Shown here piece by piece: positions 8,008-10,537 of a stretch of DNA of 10,537 nucleotides; positions within the stretch are counted from its first letter, which is position 1; each line of letters opens with the position of its first letter. The notes beneath the pieces were generated by a model, which was given only the letters and a program-made list of their open reading frames with translations, was not told the origin of the DNA and ran no database searches. Origin of the DNA: Azolla caroliniana (lineage: Eukaryota > Plantae > Polypodiophyta); the NCBI GenBank assembly GCA_043228905.1, contig JBHGNT010001267.1, positions 1 to 10,537 of the forward strand. The letters are read 5' to 3'. The translations under genes were made by a program, and so were the position numbers.

Positions 8008-8323
8008 AGACTACTTTCCGCATTCGCCGTCGTGGCTTTCGGCACCGAATAATTGTGTGAATCAAGTGAAAACGGTCAAGGCTTTGAACTAGGAGGAGGA
8101 GGAATTTGAGGCAAATAAAAATATGAGTAGATTGAAAGAAAGAGATATAGAAAACTCGTGAATCCCATGAGTATAGTGTATTATATTAATCAACCCTTAG
8201 AACCCTAATAAATCATCAAAATTCAACAACCCCAATTACATTTTGCTCCCCATCTTATATAATGATGGGGGAGGCTAAGTATAACTTACCCCATGACAAG
8301 CATCATGCTTTTTCTTACTTTTG

Positions 8324-8450
8324 TATTCACGCACACTAGTTGTGCATGAGTAACATCTTCTAACTATAGTATTCATGCACACGAGTTGTGCATGAGTAAC
8401 GTTTTTTATTAAACTATAATATTCATGCACACTAGTTGTGCATGGGTAGC
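8324..8450. repeat. Three 31-bp palindromic repeats containing RY (CATGCA) motifs
   Basis: Consensus TATTCATGCACACTAGTTGTGCATGAGTAAC at 8324-8354, 8370-8400 and 8420-8450. Confidence 0.9.
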
Positions 8451-8519
8451 TTTTTCTAGAATTTATACATGAGGGTAATATCTTGTATATAATAAATCCA
8501 TGATAATTAAATTATTTAT

Positions 8520-8591
8520 GGTGAGTTAGTACAATGGTAAGGGGTTGGGCTTGTTAACATGGAGGTACAAGGTTCAAGTCTTACCCTATGC
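8520..8591 (+). other. tRNA-derived module (Asn-GTT-like) at LTR U3 tip
   Basis: A-box TAGTACAATGG at 8527-8537, loop TTGTTAA with GTT at 8553-8555, B-box GGTTCAAGTC at 8571-8580. These fall at canonical tRNA positions 8, 34-36 and 54-56. Stems are decayed. Confidence 0.7.
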
Positions 8592-8599
8592 TTGTGACA

Positions 8600-8703
8600 A
8601 GTGTTTTAACATTTTCTTCTATTTCTTCATATTTATTTAATCAGGTACTCCGTACGCATTTCACATAGTGGACGAAGCACATTACGACACTCACCCCCTT
8701 TGA
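8600..8703 (-). mobile_element. Possible PPT plus start of another gypsy-type LTR
   Basis: Minus strand AAAGGGGGTGAG directly followed by TGTCGTAATG starting at 8689. Confidence 0.4.
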
Positions 8704-8720
8704 ACTTGAACATACTTTAT

Positions 8721-9074
8721 TGTAAAGAATCAGATAGATTCTGTGTAGTGGAAGAATTTTGTGTGTGTGTGTGTGTAGCGAGAGAGAGCTCACTATTATA
8801 GAAAAATCAGAAAATTGTATTACAAAGGAAGCAAGAATTACCAATAATTACAAAGTGAGGGAGAAGGTGCTTATGTAGTCACCTCCTCTCTAAGTTCTCT
8901 CACTAGTACCGCCTCTTGGAAAAGAGGTTGTGTCTTAATTACTTAAAGAATATGTGTCATAGGACATTAACTTCTATTACACACTAGTTACTATACAAGG
9001 AGGTGGGGTATTCACACACTTGAGTGTCCTAGAGTATGTCCCCACTCATGGGAATTTGAGTTTGATTCTCAACA
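8721..9074 (-). repeat. 3' LTR of the Ty1/copia element (354 bp)
   Basis: Minus strand TGTTGAGAATCA...TGATTCTTTACA, a terminal inverted repeat matching 10/12. Preceded by PPT GAAGGGGCG (9083-9075). Contains (GT)8 at 8761-8776. Confidence 0.88.
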
Positions 9075-9141
9075 CGCCCCTTCAAATACAACTTTCGATT
9101 GCCGGATCGTCGAATGGGTAGTTTGAATGGATGGTATACTC

Positions 9142-10537
9142 CTAGTGCTCCATACTCCCCCTCAAGCTCGGTTGGATGATGGTCGAAAGACCCAAATCAA
9201 TTGTGAATTGCCGCAACTTGTTGATTCCCAGGGCCTTGGTGAAGATGTCAGCCGTCTACAAGTTTGTGCCAATGTGTTGCAGGTCGACATCCCGGGCCAG
9301 AACACACTCTCGGATGAAGTGATAGTGCACCTCGATGTGCTTAGTCCGAGCATGGAAGACTGGGTTCCGAGCGAGGTGGATACTGCTCATGTTGTCGCAG
9401 TAGAGAAGAATTGGATCCTTGATAGGAACGCCAAGATCCTTCAAGATTCTCTTGAGCCAAACGACTTCACATGCGGCTACGGTCGCGCCCCTGTATTCAG
9501 CTTCGGTGCTCGACAGTGCGACTGTTGGCTGTTTCTTACTACTCCACGATATGGTGCCATTGCCGAGAGAAAAAACAAATCCAGATGTCGATCGTCGGTC
9601 GGCTCTGTAGCCAACCCAATCGGCATCGGTATAACCTTCGTGTCGTATCGGTGTGGCCAATTTGTAAAGGATGCCAAAATCCATGGTTCCACTCACATAC
9701 CTTAGCACTCGCTTAGCACAGTCGAGATGAATGTCTCGTGGAGTTTGCATGAACTGGCTAAGGAGGCCGACTAGGTAACTGAGGTCAAGTCAGGTAAATG
9801 TGAGGTAGATGAGGCTTCCAATTAGTTGATGATAGTGCATTGGCTCACACTCTCTAGTGCATGAGTCGGCATCTAGCTTTAGATTTTGATCGAGAGGAGT
9901 AGTGACGGGCTTACACTGGGTCATCCCAAACTTGTAAAGAAGATTGAGGATATAGTGGTTTTGAGAAAGCATGATGCCATCTAGGGTCTGAATTAGATCT
10001 ACTCCTACAAAGTAATGGAGCTCTGTCATATCGATCATTTCAAATCGACTGGAGAGGAGCTTCTTGATGTGTTCAATATCTACTAAATGCTCTCCTCCTA
10101 TGACCAAGATATCCACAAAAATGATGATAAATACCTATCCCCTGCAATCGTTTCGGATGAACAGAGAGTTGTCAGACTTGGACATGTTGAAGTCAATTTG
10201 ATAAAGATATTGCGTTATCTTCGAATGACATGCTCTCGGTGCCTGCTTCAAGCCGTAGAGAGGCCTTTTGAGTCGGTAGACAATAGTCAGATGTGTAGTC
10301 GACATGAATCTAGGTGGTTGCACCATGTACACCTCTTCAACTAACTCGCCTTGTAGAAAGACGTTATTTACGTCCATTTGGTGGAGGTGCAACCCTTTTG
10401 CTGCTGCAAGCGCGATCACTATTCGAATTGTAGTCATCTTTGCCACCGGGGCAAAGGTCTCTTCGTAATCAACATCCTGCGTCTGCGCATACCCCTTTGC
10501 CACAAGCCGGGCCTTGTACCAATGGACAGTGTCATGG
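9142..10537 (-). mobile_element. Ty1/copia pol pseudogene (reverse transcriptase + RNase H), runs off the window
   Basis: YKARLVAKGYAQ, DYEETFAPVA, HQMDVNNVFL, LYGLKQAPR, GYTDADW, STSGFVF, SSTEAEY, CDNMSSI, HARTKHIEVHYHFIRE and ADIFTKAL, all in one frame. Premature stops at 10135, 9790 and 9256; YVDD is now FVDI. Confidence 0.97.

Larger units (their letters stand above)
8074..8599 (-). mobile_element. LTR related to the 452-878 LTR
   Basis: Right end CTTGTGACA (TGTCACAAG on minus). Left end aaacGGTCAAGGCTTTGAACTAG resembles aaacTGTCATGACTTGTGACCTAG at 452. Shares AATATCTTGTA (8477-8487 vs 737-747) and the tRNA-like module. TATA TTATATAA at 8255-8262. Left boundary uncertain; no TSD. Confidence 0.6.

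Noticed and set aside
7920-8050. Hammerhead or other ribozyme in the GAAA-rich, hairpin-prone segment
   Set aside because: No CTGANGA core correctly placed relative to GAAA on either strand.
8053-8073. Self-priming PBS for the second LTR
   Set aside because: TTGTGTGAAT only loosely complements the predicted start region (~8220-8230), needs a gap and is not adjacent to the terminus.
8324-8450. CRISPR-like array (palindromic repeats with spacers)
   Set aside because: Spacers are only 15 and 19 nt and share AACTATA, so this is tandem duplication. Eukaryotic context and no cas genes.
8520-8591. Functional tRNA-Asn gene
   Set aside because: Acceptor, anticodon and T stems do not pair properly; only the boxes and spacing remain.
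9127-9705. 192-aa plus-strand ORF
   Set aside because: Antisense shadow of the copia RNase H frame; no independent motifs.

Overview
AT-rich eukaryotic DNA from a land plant, plausibly a seed-free lineage such as a fern (inference from gene and retroelement types). It holds one intact, intronless gene on the minus strand (5022-7175), a glycoside hydrolase family 81 endo-beta-1,3-glucanase / beta-glucan-binding protein. The gene sits among decayed LTR retrotransposons: a Ty3/gypsy protease remnant (+), a gypsy RT-RNase H remnant with the catalytic core deleted (-), the 3' end of a Ty1/copia element with PPT and a 354-bp LTR (-), and several lone LTRs. The most interesting signal is two related minus-strand LTRs (~452-878 and ~8074-8599) with a shared layout: an antisense tRNA-derived A-box/B-box module at the U3 tip, then a palindromic array, then TATA. 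The array is perfect heat-shock elements in one LTR and RY-motif hairpins in the other. The first LTR also shows an exact 11-nt Tf1-type self-priming signature. An isolated 39-nt 5' half of tRNA-Glu(CTC) lies beside the second. All calls are by eye; no searches were run.
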